NCBI RefSeq assembly: GCF_963921235.1
Contig: NC_086108.1
Span: 60,762,001-60,826,000 of the forward strand
Source: Mobula hypostoma
Lineage: Eukaryota
Reading direction: 5' to 3'
Length of the DNA: 64,000 nucleotides
Shown: positions 53,099-64,000 of the stretch, in pieces
Numbering within the stretch: the stretch's first letter is position 1
Layout: every line of letters starts with the position of its first letter
Made by a program: the position numbers and the translations under genes
Notes under the pieces: generated by a model
What the model was told of the DNA's origin: nothing
The model's database searches: none
Seen by the model: only the letters and a program-made list of their open reading frames with translations

Positions 53099-53782
53099 TA
53101 TTTTCTTCACCACAGGCAGTTCCTAAGCATCAGGGCTATTTTGTAGATTCTCAAGTTATTGATAAGACTGAATGAGAAACCCAAACGGAGAAGATAGTTG
53201 GTTGGTTTGTGAAGGGCATTCTGTCCACTACTTATGCACGATCCAGGTGCATGGCCTGGACATCCTTTGATGCACCTCACAGCCAAAGTTTCCAGGTAAA
53301 GGAGCCAATCTTCAGAACAACCTGACAACACTCCAGAGTCATAGCCACCCAAACTTGAGTCGACAAGCTGCTATACTCAGACATCTACCAACAGTAGTGA
53401 TCCTGCAGTACGATATGCTTCTGAGACCAAGGCTACCTAGAGCAGACAGCCAAAGCGGTCTTCACTAAATTCTTGAAATTCATTTCAAGAATAAGCAAAC
53501 AATGGTCAGCATCCTCTCCCTGGCCAGTAACCTCAGCATTGAGGTCCAGGTCACTACTATCTAAAAGTAGCTAGGATGCAATCTGTATCAAGATAACTAC
53601 ATTAATTTTTATGATTCTTATTAGATCATAAAATTAATGAGCATATGGGGGGGAGGATACTAAAATATCTGGCACATTTTTCTCTTTATTATCTTATTTT
53701 TAATTAACTTACTTCTAATTTAGTTTACTCCAACTCAAAGGCTTTGCTACTTGTATTTAATTCTAAAGCTGTGATAACTTAC

Positions 53783-53914
53783 CTCCTTGTATCAGCTGTC
53801 TGGCCATGAACAGAGCTGTAGAACCAGTCGAGCAGTTGTTGTTAACATTAATGATAGGAATTCCAGTCATTCCCAAACTGTGGTAGATTGCACGCTGGCC
53901 ACAAGTTGAGTCAC
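53783..53914 (-). CDS. SCP2: SCPx exon 4 ([44 protein letters not shown]), with the nucleophilic Cys
   Basis: 132 nt, gaag| acceptor, G|gtaagt donor; thiolase NNCSTG motif. Confidence 0.97.
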
Positions 53915-54446
53915 CTTCATAAGAAGGACAACATAAAATCATTACTCCTAGTTCTGAACCTAGCTGCATCCACAAAAGACTGTACCCAAAGCTAAAAATA
54001 AATGCTACAAGAAAGAAACAGCAGAACCAGAAGATGATCACTTAGCCTCTGGAACACACGCCATCATTCAAATAGATCAGATGATCCTGTGTTTCATCCA
54101 CTCTGCCACCTTCTTCCCATATCTTTTAGCAGCTCAAATATTAATGATCCTAGCCTTGGAATAGACTAAGCACCCAGCCTTCAGGGATCTCTGAGGATTT
54201 ACATTCTCTGCTTTAATTAGCAAGAAGATTGATTCACTATCGTGTCCAAGGCTGCCCTGTAAAGATTTGTGCCAATATTGTTTTATCTTGCTCCTCAGCC
54301 TTACCCCAGAGATAGTAAGTGCACCTAGCAAGCCTCCACTGACCTTGGTCAATGAGTGACATCTTTTATGCTAAATTTAATTTTAATTAATTCACATCAG
54401 TTTAACTGTTTTAAAATCATTTACATTTCGAACGCATTCATATGTA

Positions 54447-55545
54447 GGCGGCATGGTAGTGCAACAGGTTAGCATTATGCATTACAGCACCAGTGATCAG
54501 AGGTCAATGCCCAACAATGGCTGTAAGGAGTTTGTAAATTCTTCCCATGACTGTGCGGGTTTCCTCCACATTCCAAAGATATATGGGTTATGGGTGAGTT
54601 GTGGGCAGGCTATATTGGCGCCAAAAGCATGACAACACTTGCATGCTGCCCTCAGCACACGCTGGTATTGTGGTCTTTGATATGGAGCTTAGGAGGTTAA
54701 TGGCATCTAATGGCCACTCCTTTGCTTGCATCTTCAGAAACAGCTCTATTTCCATCTTTAATATCTCGATCTTTCCCTTTCAGGGTTCTTTTGAAGATCC
54801 TGACCTGGAGTTACACGCTGACTACGGTTCTTTGCGGGAATAGGACCTGCTATCGGGGTTCTTTAACTGGCCGTTGTTCAGCACGCCAAAGGATTGGATT
54901 CAAAAGTCTAGGGTCTCGGGGCTCTGGAGACGGGCAGATTGAGGGTCAGTGTCACGAAAGGAGACCCGTGTGTCGTCGGGGGAGTTGGGATATCTGTGAC
55001 TGTGCACCTGGAGACCCAGGATCTTTGAGATCTTCAGGCACAGAGCTCGAGAACAGCGACGTGGCAGAGTATTAACATGGTAAAGCAGCGAGTTTGATAT
55101 GTCTCCCCGCTCGCTGGGAAAGTGGAGACACTTCTTTCTCCCTTATTAGGGAGAGAGAGAGAGAGCCTGTGGTATGTCGAATACTAGGTGAAACACGAAG
55201 TCTTTGGGATAGCCGCAAGTCTGTGTCTTTGCTGTTGCTTTGCTCACGTTTGAGCGCTCAGTGGCGGGTGCCGATGCTTTTTTTTTGCCAGTGGGGGGAC
55301 GGGTGCTCGTTGCTCGCTGCCATTTATGTGCGGGAGGAAGGAGCTGGGGGAGACTTTGGGGTTCTAACATTTGACTGTCATTCATTCTTTGGGGCACTTC
55401 TCTGTTTTTGTGGATGGTTGCAAAGAAAAAGCATTTCACGATGTATATTGTATACATTTCTCTGACATTAAATTGTACCTTTGAACCTTTGAAATAAGGC
55501 ATTTCGCTATATGTTTTGATGAAAATGTGAAAAATAAAGATAATC
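54447..55545 (+). mobile_element. V-domain SINE interrupted by a non-coding retroposon (about 54670-55492)
   Basis: GGCGGCATGGTAG head, GGGTTTCCTCCACATTCCAAAG core; insert ends ATTAAA...(CCTTTGAA)n; SINE tail resumes near 55497. Confidence 0.6.
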
Positions 55546-56079
55546 TTTAAAGATCCAGTTTTTGCTTATTTGGGGTTTGATAGTAGACTGTCAGCAGGGC
55601 CTCAGATTGCCCTTTCCAAGGCTGATTTGCCACTCATGGTCCACTCCACCTTGTGGAACAGCTGCAGTAAGACCACTGGGAGCTGTATGGCTACAAAAGA
55701 CGTGGACAGTCACGGCAGGAATAACCATGAGGTACTGGCCAGGTCAAATACAATCCAGCCTAGGGTTATGAATACTTCACAGGCTTAATTTGGATTTTAT
55801 TTACAATATTTCACAGCACTATGGCCTATTGCATTTAAATATTTTTGAATAGTTTAGCCACAGCTGCAGTGTTTAAGACATGCCAGAAATTTTGCATTTA
55901 ACTAAAGCCACAGACATTGCATCATAGACAAAGGACGTTTGACAGTGTGGGAGCAGTTCTGAGGAATGCCACAATTGTCATGGTGGCTTTCAACACAAAT
56001 GTCTCTTTGTGGAAAGAATTATCATATTGATAAGCTATAGGACTATCAAAGTAATTGATCCTAGGTAAGTATCCCTTAC

Positions 56080-56151
56080 CATACACATAACCCACACAAG
56101 CTTGTTCCACAGCAGAATATGCAATGCCTGCATCAGCCAGCGCCTTCTCCG
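56080..56151 (-). CDS. SCP2: SCPx exon 3 (AEKALADAGIAYSAVEQACVGYVY)
   Basis: 72 nt, tgtag| acceptor, G|gtaagg donor, phase 1-1. Confidence 0.96.
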
Positions 56152-56792
56152 CTACAAGGGGAAGCAAATAACAAATTATATTTTCTCATCTATAGAATTT
56201 ATTTATCAAATTCAGGATAATGCCACCAATTCATTTGATGTGGTAATTAAGAAAGTAGTAAATAAGTAAATAACGAAATGGTTAAGCTCAGTCTTGCCAA
56301 TGCAGAGAACAAATAGTTTTGCACAGCATCTGTCTGTAACAGCCATTCTGAGCTTGTGGTCGCACGTCATTTCAACTTCCTCTCCCATTCCCACACTGAT
56401 CGGTTCTTGGGCTTCTCTACTACAACAGTAAGGCCAAACACAAACTAGAAGAACAACATCTCATATTCTGATTGGGCAGTTTGTAACAAAGGTATGAAAA
56501 ATGAATCTTCTAATTTTAGGTAACCCATACCCGTGTTCCTATCCCACTCCCACCAGTCCATTCATACTTTCTCTCTTTTCTCCACCTTTTCCATCCCTCT
56601 TCCTTTCTCTACCTGACTCTACCTGCCTATTTCCCTTTTGCTGGATCCATCTACCCCATCATCAGCTTGTTTCTGTCCCACCTTTTCCTTGCACTCCTAG
56701 AGAATGGCCATCCTTTCTTAGCCCACTACCCACTCCCCCCGCCCCAACCACTCCACAGTCCTGAAGCAGGGTCTTAACACAGAAACTCATTA

Positions 56793-57563
56793 CAGTGGAT
56801 TCTGGTTAACTGGGTCATCAGTTAATCATGGCAGCTGCTAATTTGGGACAACTCTTAAAGTATAAAAACTAATCGAGAAAGTTGCCAGGATACCCTTCAT
56901 GTATTTGGGACACAATGCAATTTAATTGGGACAGGAAACTGTTGCCAAAGTTTCTAACCATCATCAGTCGCATGCATTACGTGGCTGTTAGACACTACAC
57001 CATGCTTCAAGAGAACAGCTTTTAAATAACACCAGTTGTATGTTTTTGTGTTCAAAAAACAGTGATTTTTGTCACTGCTAGTTGGTGAGAAATAAGCAGT
57101 AAGACAATTCAGAACTGGTTTGCTCACTGCAATTTCAAGCACTCACGTTTGAGGATGCCAGAAAGAGCCGGGAATGAAACTGAAATGATTTCACTACTTC
57201 AACAAGTTAGGAACTCGAAAGAATCTTAAGGTATCAACAATTATCTGAACGTTACAATGAAAATGAAGATTTGGAGGATGCAATCATTGACAGCATTGTA
57301 TGAAGGCAGTCCATTACTGCACAAGATGTCTGCTGATTTTGTTCATTTACAGTCAAAAGACCACAATGCAGATGAATTCCTCTGTCTCTAAATATTAGGA
57401 ACTAACAGGTTTATAATACTATAGTAGTATTGGTAGTGTTCTAATTTGTCCTTTATTTCATTTAAGTACATAATTACCATGAAACTTCAGCTAATTTGGG
57501 CAGATGCTTAATTGAGCCAAAATGTACTGGTCCCGATGTGTCCCAATTAACCAGAATCCACTG
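56793..57563. mobile_element. Tigger/pogo-like non-autonomous DNA transposon
   Basis: TIRs CAGTGGATTCTGGTTAACTGGG / CCCAATTAACCAGAATCCACTG, TA on the left flank; splits a Penelope terminal repeat. Confidence 0.8.
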
Positions 57564-57997
57564 AACAGCCTCCACAGATGCTACTTGGACTGTTGAGTTC
57601 TTCCAACAGTTTGATTTTTGTTCTGGTTGTGAGAAAGCTCTGGTTTCTCTTTAATATGAATAAACTGCGAAACGTAACTGATTGCTACAGGACTTTACAT
57701 TGTTCTATTCATAAATTCACACAGTTCGACCTGGCTTCGGATTACTCCATGCTACGGGCTAACCACTTGACATTAACTGTATATCAAACAACCTTAAAAC
57801 CTCAGAATGTTCTTTGGGACCAACTCCAAATATCTCACTTCTTGAACATACTTTGTTCACCGTCAATTTTAACATTAAGAGACAAATACAATATCATGGT
57901 ATTAAAGCATCCTGATAGTCAGTGAGTTCTTCTATTTAAAATGTCCAACTTCTCATTACGAATAATCAAAAAAAAATTGCCAAAATGATTCCCCTAC

Positions 57998-58046
57998 CTG
58001 CTTCTTTTGCCATGTCAGGATAGTCTAGGTCCCCAGGCTTTTCAAA
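57998..58046 (-). CDS. SCP2: SCPx exon 2 (FEKPGDLDYPDMAKEA)
   Basis: 49 nt, ctag|TTT acceptor, G|gtaggg donor; not in the ORF track, found by manual translation. Confidence 0.93.
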
Positions 58047-58874
58047 CTAGAGGGGGGAAAAAAATCACATTCCCTCATTTATTGACAATAACTGTTAACT
58101 GCATCTTACTTGAAAAGCTTTGGGAGAAATTCAATACTAATGACAAATTCATAATATAACAAATGACCCTTCAAATTTGGAAAATTGAATAGATAAGTCA
58201 TACAACTATATTTCTAAAGAGGATTTGGATATACTGGGGTGCTTGTGCTTACTGACAGCAATTTATTCTGTAACAGGGTGGTGATTTGAGGAGGGGGAAG
58301 GGTATTGAATCACAACTGAATGAAGACCCAGTGACATGGATCCATGGTACTGTAACCAATGCTACTGTCCTACATCATGGGGCAATGGGAAAAGGACCGT
58401 GAAACGCCTTCCCCTATGAGTCAGAAGCGGATAAATCAGCAATGATTTCATACCCACTATCCAGCAACATTTAAATGATTCATCAAGGAGCCCAAGAAAA
58501 CCTGAAGACAATGGTCAGGCTGTCGGATAACATGCAGGAAAATGTACCCCCCATCACCAAAACAAATGTGAGGAGTGCAGTAGGTTTGTTTTTGACACTA
58601 AATTCGAGACAATCCAGTTAGCTGACTCCTCAGGCTGTTTTCAGAGAGCAGAGCTGCTGGACAAAGTACACTTGGCTCCTGCAAAGAGTTTTTGTTTGGT
58701 TTCTCTGTTATCCCACTCTTGGCCTCTCCAAGAGCTTGTTGCCAAAACCCCCAGATCCGCTAAACTATAAGTGATGTTGATATAACACAACTTCCAAACC
58801 TATCATCCTCAACACTCTAAAAGAAAGAAACTCTTGACCTCTTGTTCTTAACAAAGCACCAACATTGCCACAAT

Positions 58875-59210
58875 AATATACACACAATCGTGCAGGGACT
58901 TAGGACACAAGGGAGCACATATGAGAGGAATAAACTGTCAAGGTTTCAGGCTGAGACCCTTCATCGGGACTGGAAAGAAAGGTGGCAGAAGCCAGAATAA
59001 GAAGGTGGGGGAAAATCACGTTGCCATCTTGTACTACTCCTTCCCGTCTCCCACATTCTTATTCTGGCTTCTGCCCCCTTCCTTTCTAGCTCCAATGAAG
59101 GGTCACAGCCTGAAACATCGACTGTTTATTCCTCTCCATAGATGAGGATGAGTTCTTCCAACATTTTATGTGCATTGCTCTGGATTTTCAGCATCTGTAA
59201 AATCTCTTGT
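58875..59210. repeat. Inverted pair of Penelope terminal repeat fragments
   Basis: GGCAGAAGCCAGAATAAGAA versus TTCTTATTCTGGCTTCTGCC, with decayed hammerhead cores on both arms. Confidence 0.7.
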
Positions 59211-60970
59211 ATTTATAACTTATCCACAATGCACTTCCCTTTCCAAACCCTCAAAATGTACAGCAGCCTCTCAAATACATTTTCATCCTTCCAAGAACTG
59301 GTGCAATCTTTCTAATTACATTAACAAACTCGTGGAAGTACTGAAACACACTCATCAAAAATCCTAATCCATTGTGACAGTGGTATCCCTTTCACACTTT
59401 GAATACAGTTCAGTGTTTTTTGCTTGATGAATTGGTGTAGACAGATTATTTTGAGGAAAGAATAGATAGACTGGGCTTCAATATGCTGGCGTTTATAAGA
59501 GCAGAGGGATGGGGACTGGAATGAAATATAAGATCTTCACAAGTTTTGACAGGAGTGGATGCTCTCTTTAGTGGGAAAATGTAGAAATACCACTGTTTTT
59601 AAGATATGATTTTAGGAGTATTTCTCCACCATCTTTTAACTATATCAGCAAGGATTAAATCTGCTCTTGAACGTTGTTTTACAAAATGATTGATGCTGTT
59701 TTCAATTTCTTGCCAGGTGGCAAATCGCACCCTGCGGAATGTAGTCATCTGCATCAAAGACCATCACATTGTGGGGAACCTCCAAGGTGCTCCGACCACC
59801 AGGAACTGATTGTTCCCTGTTTTTGATAAGCTCTCCTCCACGTTTGGCTCTCAGCAGGGAGGGTCTTTGGGACACACATAATCAAATGTTGGATCTCCTT
59901 TGCCCCTTTCCCCTCATTATCTGTTCCTTATGTCACAAGTTCTTTGTGGATCTCAGCATTCAAGTAGCAGTTGATCATTTTATTTTTCCTCAAGACATCA
60001 TGGTGTTTTCAGTCCAAGAATACTTTGCTCACAATTAATTAGTTTCTTTATACCCTGCTCTCTCTCATTACATGAATCTCAATACTTAGTGATAAAAAGC
60101 CTCTCTTCCTGGGTATTATTTATGGTTTATTCAGGGCATGTCAGCTACTAGACACACTTAGCTGGGAACCACCAAGTTGCCTGTGAGGTGACACCTATGT
60201 AGAGATTCTTGTGAAGGGCTTTTGAACCCTTCAGTATTGGCCTGGTATGATCCAAGGGGCAATTCCCCTCCATAACATAGAGAAACCTCAACTAGATTAG
60301 ACCCAACCATTCAGTGCTCAGCCAAGTTGATAAAATTTGCCCTCCCAAATCAGCAAATCCTAGTCATATGTTTGAAGCACTATGTGGTAACTGCAAACAT
60401 GATGTTCTTTCAAAAGTTAAAACACCATATAGTCAGTTTAGAACTGTCAACAAGATCTGACTCAACTACAATCTGTAAAATGTAATAGAGAAAAGCACAC
60501 CAACTAAAAAGGAAAAGAAACACAATATCTAGTAATATCAAAAGCTCCACCTTTCACACTTCTATAATATAACCCGTCCCCGCCTCCAGAATACGGTAAG
60601 AATGAGCAGCGTTGTTGAAGTTCGGGGAGGTCGGATAGAATTCGTCAAACACTGACTGAACCACAGTCGTGCCCCACAGAAGCATATGCTAGTGTATGCT
60701 GCACTCTCTGCTTCTTTCGGTCGTCATCTTACAAGGATAAACGGGAGCGTTTGGCCCTTGCGGATGTGCCAATGCATTTGCTCATTCTCCAGGAGAGCCC
60801 TGTTGGCCGGCTATGTGACAAGCTAACCCATATAAAGCTCGTTTAAAGAGCCACCCAAAGTCTTCTGTCCGGGACATGAGCCAGAGAGGCATCGGTCTCT
60901 TTACTGTAGATAACACCGCTGTAAAGCACCCGTGCGCAAACTTTGCCCTTTTTTTCTGTCACATATATAC

Positions 60971-61021
60971 CTTGGTCATTCCCACTCCCACAACAAACGC
61001 TCGTCTCTTGACGGCTGCCAT
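60971..61021 (-). CDS. SCP2: SCPx coding exon 1 (MAAVKRRAFVVGVGMTK)
   Basis: ATG in gaaaacATGG context, 51 nt, donor AAG|gtatat; matches the SCPx N-terminal RRVFVVGVGMTK. Confidence 0.93.
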
Positions 61022-61160
61022 GTTTTCTGTCAGAAACACCATCTTTAACCCGGAACAAACGTCACTTCTAATTTCACCGCCCCTTAAAGCTGCACAACGC
61101 GCGAAAAAAAACCTGTAACAAAATACATCTTGTCGCCAAATGTACAGCACCGGAGTCTAA
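61022..61160 (-). promoter_or_regulatory. Probable SCPx 5' UTR and proximal promoter
   Basis: Locally CpG-enriched sequence directly upstream of the ATG with CCGGAA (ETS-like), CCGCCC (GC box) and GCGCGAAA (E2F-like, 61099-61106). Confidence 0.6.
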
Positions 61161-61258
61161 ATGTTAATTGTTTTATTTTTGATTTAGATCGGATTTATTC
61201 TCCATTTTAATTTTTAGTTGTGCAACAATAATTGCGAAATGCAAGTGTTGGTTTACGT

Positions 61259-62168
61259 AAGAAATAGGAACAGCAGTGGACCATCTGGCCGTTCAACAAT
61301 GTCATAGCTGATCTGGCCAGGGACCAATCTCCGCCCACTTGCCTTTTCCTTTTCCACTTGCCCCTAATTCCCCAGATATGCAAGAATCCATCTAACTGTG
61401 TCTATATTAAATGAGGTAGCTTCCCTGGACAGAGAATTCCACAGATTCACTAATCTCTCAAAAAAGCAGTTTCTCCTCACCGCCATCCTAAATCTATTCC
61501 CAAACATCTGGAGGCTGTGTCCCCTAGTTCTATTCTCAGTGACCAATAGAAACAACTTTCATGCCTCTATCTTATTTATCCTTTTCACAATTTTATATGT
61601 TCCGCTAAGATCCCATCTTATTCTTCTGAATTCTAGTGAGTGACTCAATCTCTCGCCATAGGCTAATTCCCTCATCTCCGGAATCAACCTGGTGAACCTC
61701 TTCTGCACTACCTCCAAAGCCAATGTATTCTTCCTCAAGTATGGAGCCCAGAACCGCATGCAGTACTCCAGATGCAGCCTCACCGGTACCCTGTGCAGTT
61801 ACAGCAAAAGCCCTTGCTCTTAAATTCAATCCTTCCAGCAATGAAGACTAACATTCCATATGCTTTCTTGATTATGCACCTACAAACCAACCTTTTGTGA
61901 TTCATGCACTAGCATTCCCAAGTCCATCTACACAATGGCATGCTGCAATCTTTCACCATTTAATTAATAATCTGATTTTCTATTTTCTCTTGGAAAGTGG
62001 ATGAGCTCACATTTACCAAAGTCATGCTCCTTTTGCCAGACCCGTGTCCATTTGCTTAACCTATCTATATCTCTGCATCCTCTGATTTTCCACTCAATTA
62101 AATGTCATCAACATGTGATATGCTACACTCAGTCCTTTTTCCAAATCGTTAATCTATATTGTGAACAG
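61259..62168 (-). mobile_element. CR1 3' fragment
   Basis: RLHLEYCMRFWAPY, RTRGHSL, RLVNLWNSL. Confidence 0.85.
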
Positions 62169-62170
62169 GG

Positions 62171-64000
62171 CTTCTTCTTCTTCTTTGTTGTTTTATGGCG
62201 GTTGGCAACCAGTTTTTCAGTGCATTACCGCCACCTGCTAGACTTGTGGTGTTCCAACCAAATATGTCCCGGAGTCCTCTACTTTAGACAATCTAGTTCA
62301 GCCTGCTGTTCTCTATTAGCATCACTCTGTATCTGCAATTCCTCGTGAATGCTTAATGTGCTCATTAGATAATGCCGCAAACTGCTATTCTTCCCTAATT
62401 TTGTCAAGTTTTCATGTACTTGCATTACCTCAATTACATTGATTTCATCTACATCACTTGTAAGACTAAGATCGTCTTGTTAACGAATAGTAATTATCAC
62501 ACGTTATACTTTTAAAATTGCTGTTTTTCCAAGTCTATCTGCTTTTTCAGGTTTTCCTTTTCTTGGATCGTAGCCTGCAGTTGTTTACTGAGATCTCGGA
62601 GTTCTTCTTCATTTGCTTCCATGTTTTCACTTATTATCTGAATGTAGATAATTCACTTTGCAACAAATTCCTTTTCCTTTTGTATCCTTGTAATAATTTC
62701 CTCCATTTTCCAATCTCTTTCCAACTCACAGTTGTTCTTGTCGGGTACTTCCATTTGTTGTTGGAGTTCTGCACATTTACCCTGGGCTTCAACCATAAAA
62801 TCTGAGGATTTTCCTTAAGTTCTGAAACATATTTTTTAAAATTCTTGACCATTTGCGATAAATATACTGCCATTAAGATTCCATCTCCCCTGCCTGTGAA
62901 CTGTTGGATCCTCCATTCAGCATTTCTTTGACTTCTTCCCACCTTTAATACCAAGATACTTTTCTACAGACTTGACTATAATTTTAATTTTCTCAGTTTT
63001 TTTGCTTGTTTGCGCTGAACAATTAATTGCATCCACCATAAAAAGTATGAAATGCTTTCTACTCATTAATAGTGTATCCTTATTTTTCATATTACAGCCC
63101 TCACAATTCACCAGTTTATTATTCCCTGTATTTGTTTGCTTGACAGCCTTTTTTTCATCAAATTCTTTTACTGCCTCTGCATAACTGATTCCTTGAGTTA
63201 TTTTCACATATTGTTCTCAGCTGCCTTCTTGCTATAAATGTACCCTCGATAAGCTGCGCTGTGTTCCTCGCCACAATTGCAGCATTTCAGCCTAGCTCCT
63301 GCTTCACATTTCCCATATTCATGTATTCCAGCGCATCTCCCACATCTTTGTTTTCCTCTGCAGACCGCGGCAATGTGCCCGAATTTCTGACATTTATGGC
63401 ATCTTAAAGGCAGTGGTATATATATTCTAACCGCATAACAAAAATACCCTAAGTAAACGTTAGTCGGCAATCTCTCTTCATCAAAGTTAACCATTACTGA
63501 TAAACTATTACACTTTTTCCCGTTTCTTGTAACTTTCAAATGTTTGGCCTCAATAATTCTTGCTCCTTTTATGTTCTGTTCAATCTCATCCATAGTAACT
63601 TTTGTTGGTATCCCCGAAATAACTCCTCTAGTCCACTTTCTATTGTTGGGTATTGAGCATTTTACTTCTTTGCCGTCTATTTTACTTAATCTTATCACTT
63701 TGCCTTGCTGAGCACTATCCTGACAAATCACTTATAGCGATCCATTTCGTAAAATCTTTGCTCCTTTAATCTCCCCTATAATTTTGTTGAGCATCTTCGT
63801 CAAACGAATCGGGTTCCAATAACCAAAAGACGCCCCGTCTTCACTTAGTTTTATAATTGCTTTAATCTCATCTTCTTTCCATTGTTTTGCTGTCCTGTTT
63901 TGATCATCCACTGACTCCTCAGAGTTTGATATCCCGTACCTCTGCTTTCTTTTCTTCCTCTTTCCAGTCCGTTCCTCTTCCCGCCGAGCTCCATCTCTAG
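62171..64000 (-). mobile_element. Nimb/I-clade non-LTR element: gag-like ORF1 with zinc knuckles, ORF2 largely missing
   Basis: RCHKCQKFGHIAAVC, CGRCAGIH...C, CCNCGEEHSA; IANGQEF ORF2 start remnant; 3' end GGTGGCGGTAATGCAC...CCAACCGCC...(GAA)n. Confidence 0.8.

Larger units (their letters stand above)
12565..61021 (-). other. SCP2: SCP2/SCPx gene span (coding exons 1-11; gene continues past the window start)
   Basis: 11 exons splice in frame to MAAVKRRAFVVGVGMTK...NNCSTG...ELHDCF...SKGHPLGAT, matching SCPx thiolase; all boundaries GT-AG. Confidence 0.97.

Noticed and set aside
53105..53560. Possible endogenous viral or captured coding fragment
   Set aside because: Contains decayed RTE-like peptides (YASET; VSILSLASNLSIE) and stops in the frame I translated
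61160..64000. Divergent neighbour gene (ECHDC2 lies head-to-head with SCP2 in human)
   Set aside because: No matching exon seen; the region is CR1 and Nimb-like sequence

Overview
Vertebrate genomic DNA, not prokaryotic. The repeat content (CR1, Rex1/Babar, Penelope, V-domain SINEs) suggests a cartilaginous fish, probably a ray; this is inference. The window holds coding exons 1-11 of SCP2/SCPx (peroxisomal SCP2-type thiolase) on the minus strand, from the start codon at 61021 to the exon 11 donor at 12565. All 11 exons were located by hand with canonical GT-AG boundaries and consistent phases (1054 nt of CDS). Exon 12 onward was not found and should lie beyond position 1. Introns are dense with often nested transposable elements: a near full-length CR1, many Rex1/Babar copies, Penelope elements, RTE fragments, a Hero-clade RLE retrotransposon, an ORF1-only Nimb/I-like element, three solo LTRs with 4-bp TSDs, an IR/DR-type Tc1, Tigger-like and hAT MITEs, and SINEs. 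The most notable hidden structure is a set of minimal hammerhead ribozyme motifs in Penelope terminal repeats, one with an intact core on the SCP2 sense strand. Also notable are an Asp-to-Asn change in the thiolase SDGA motif and an intronic 24-bp hairpin next to a consensus unused 5' splice site. I could not support a wholly new biological system; TE family names come from motif recognition, not database searches.
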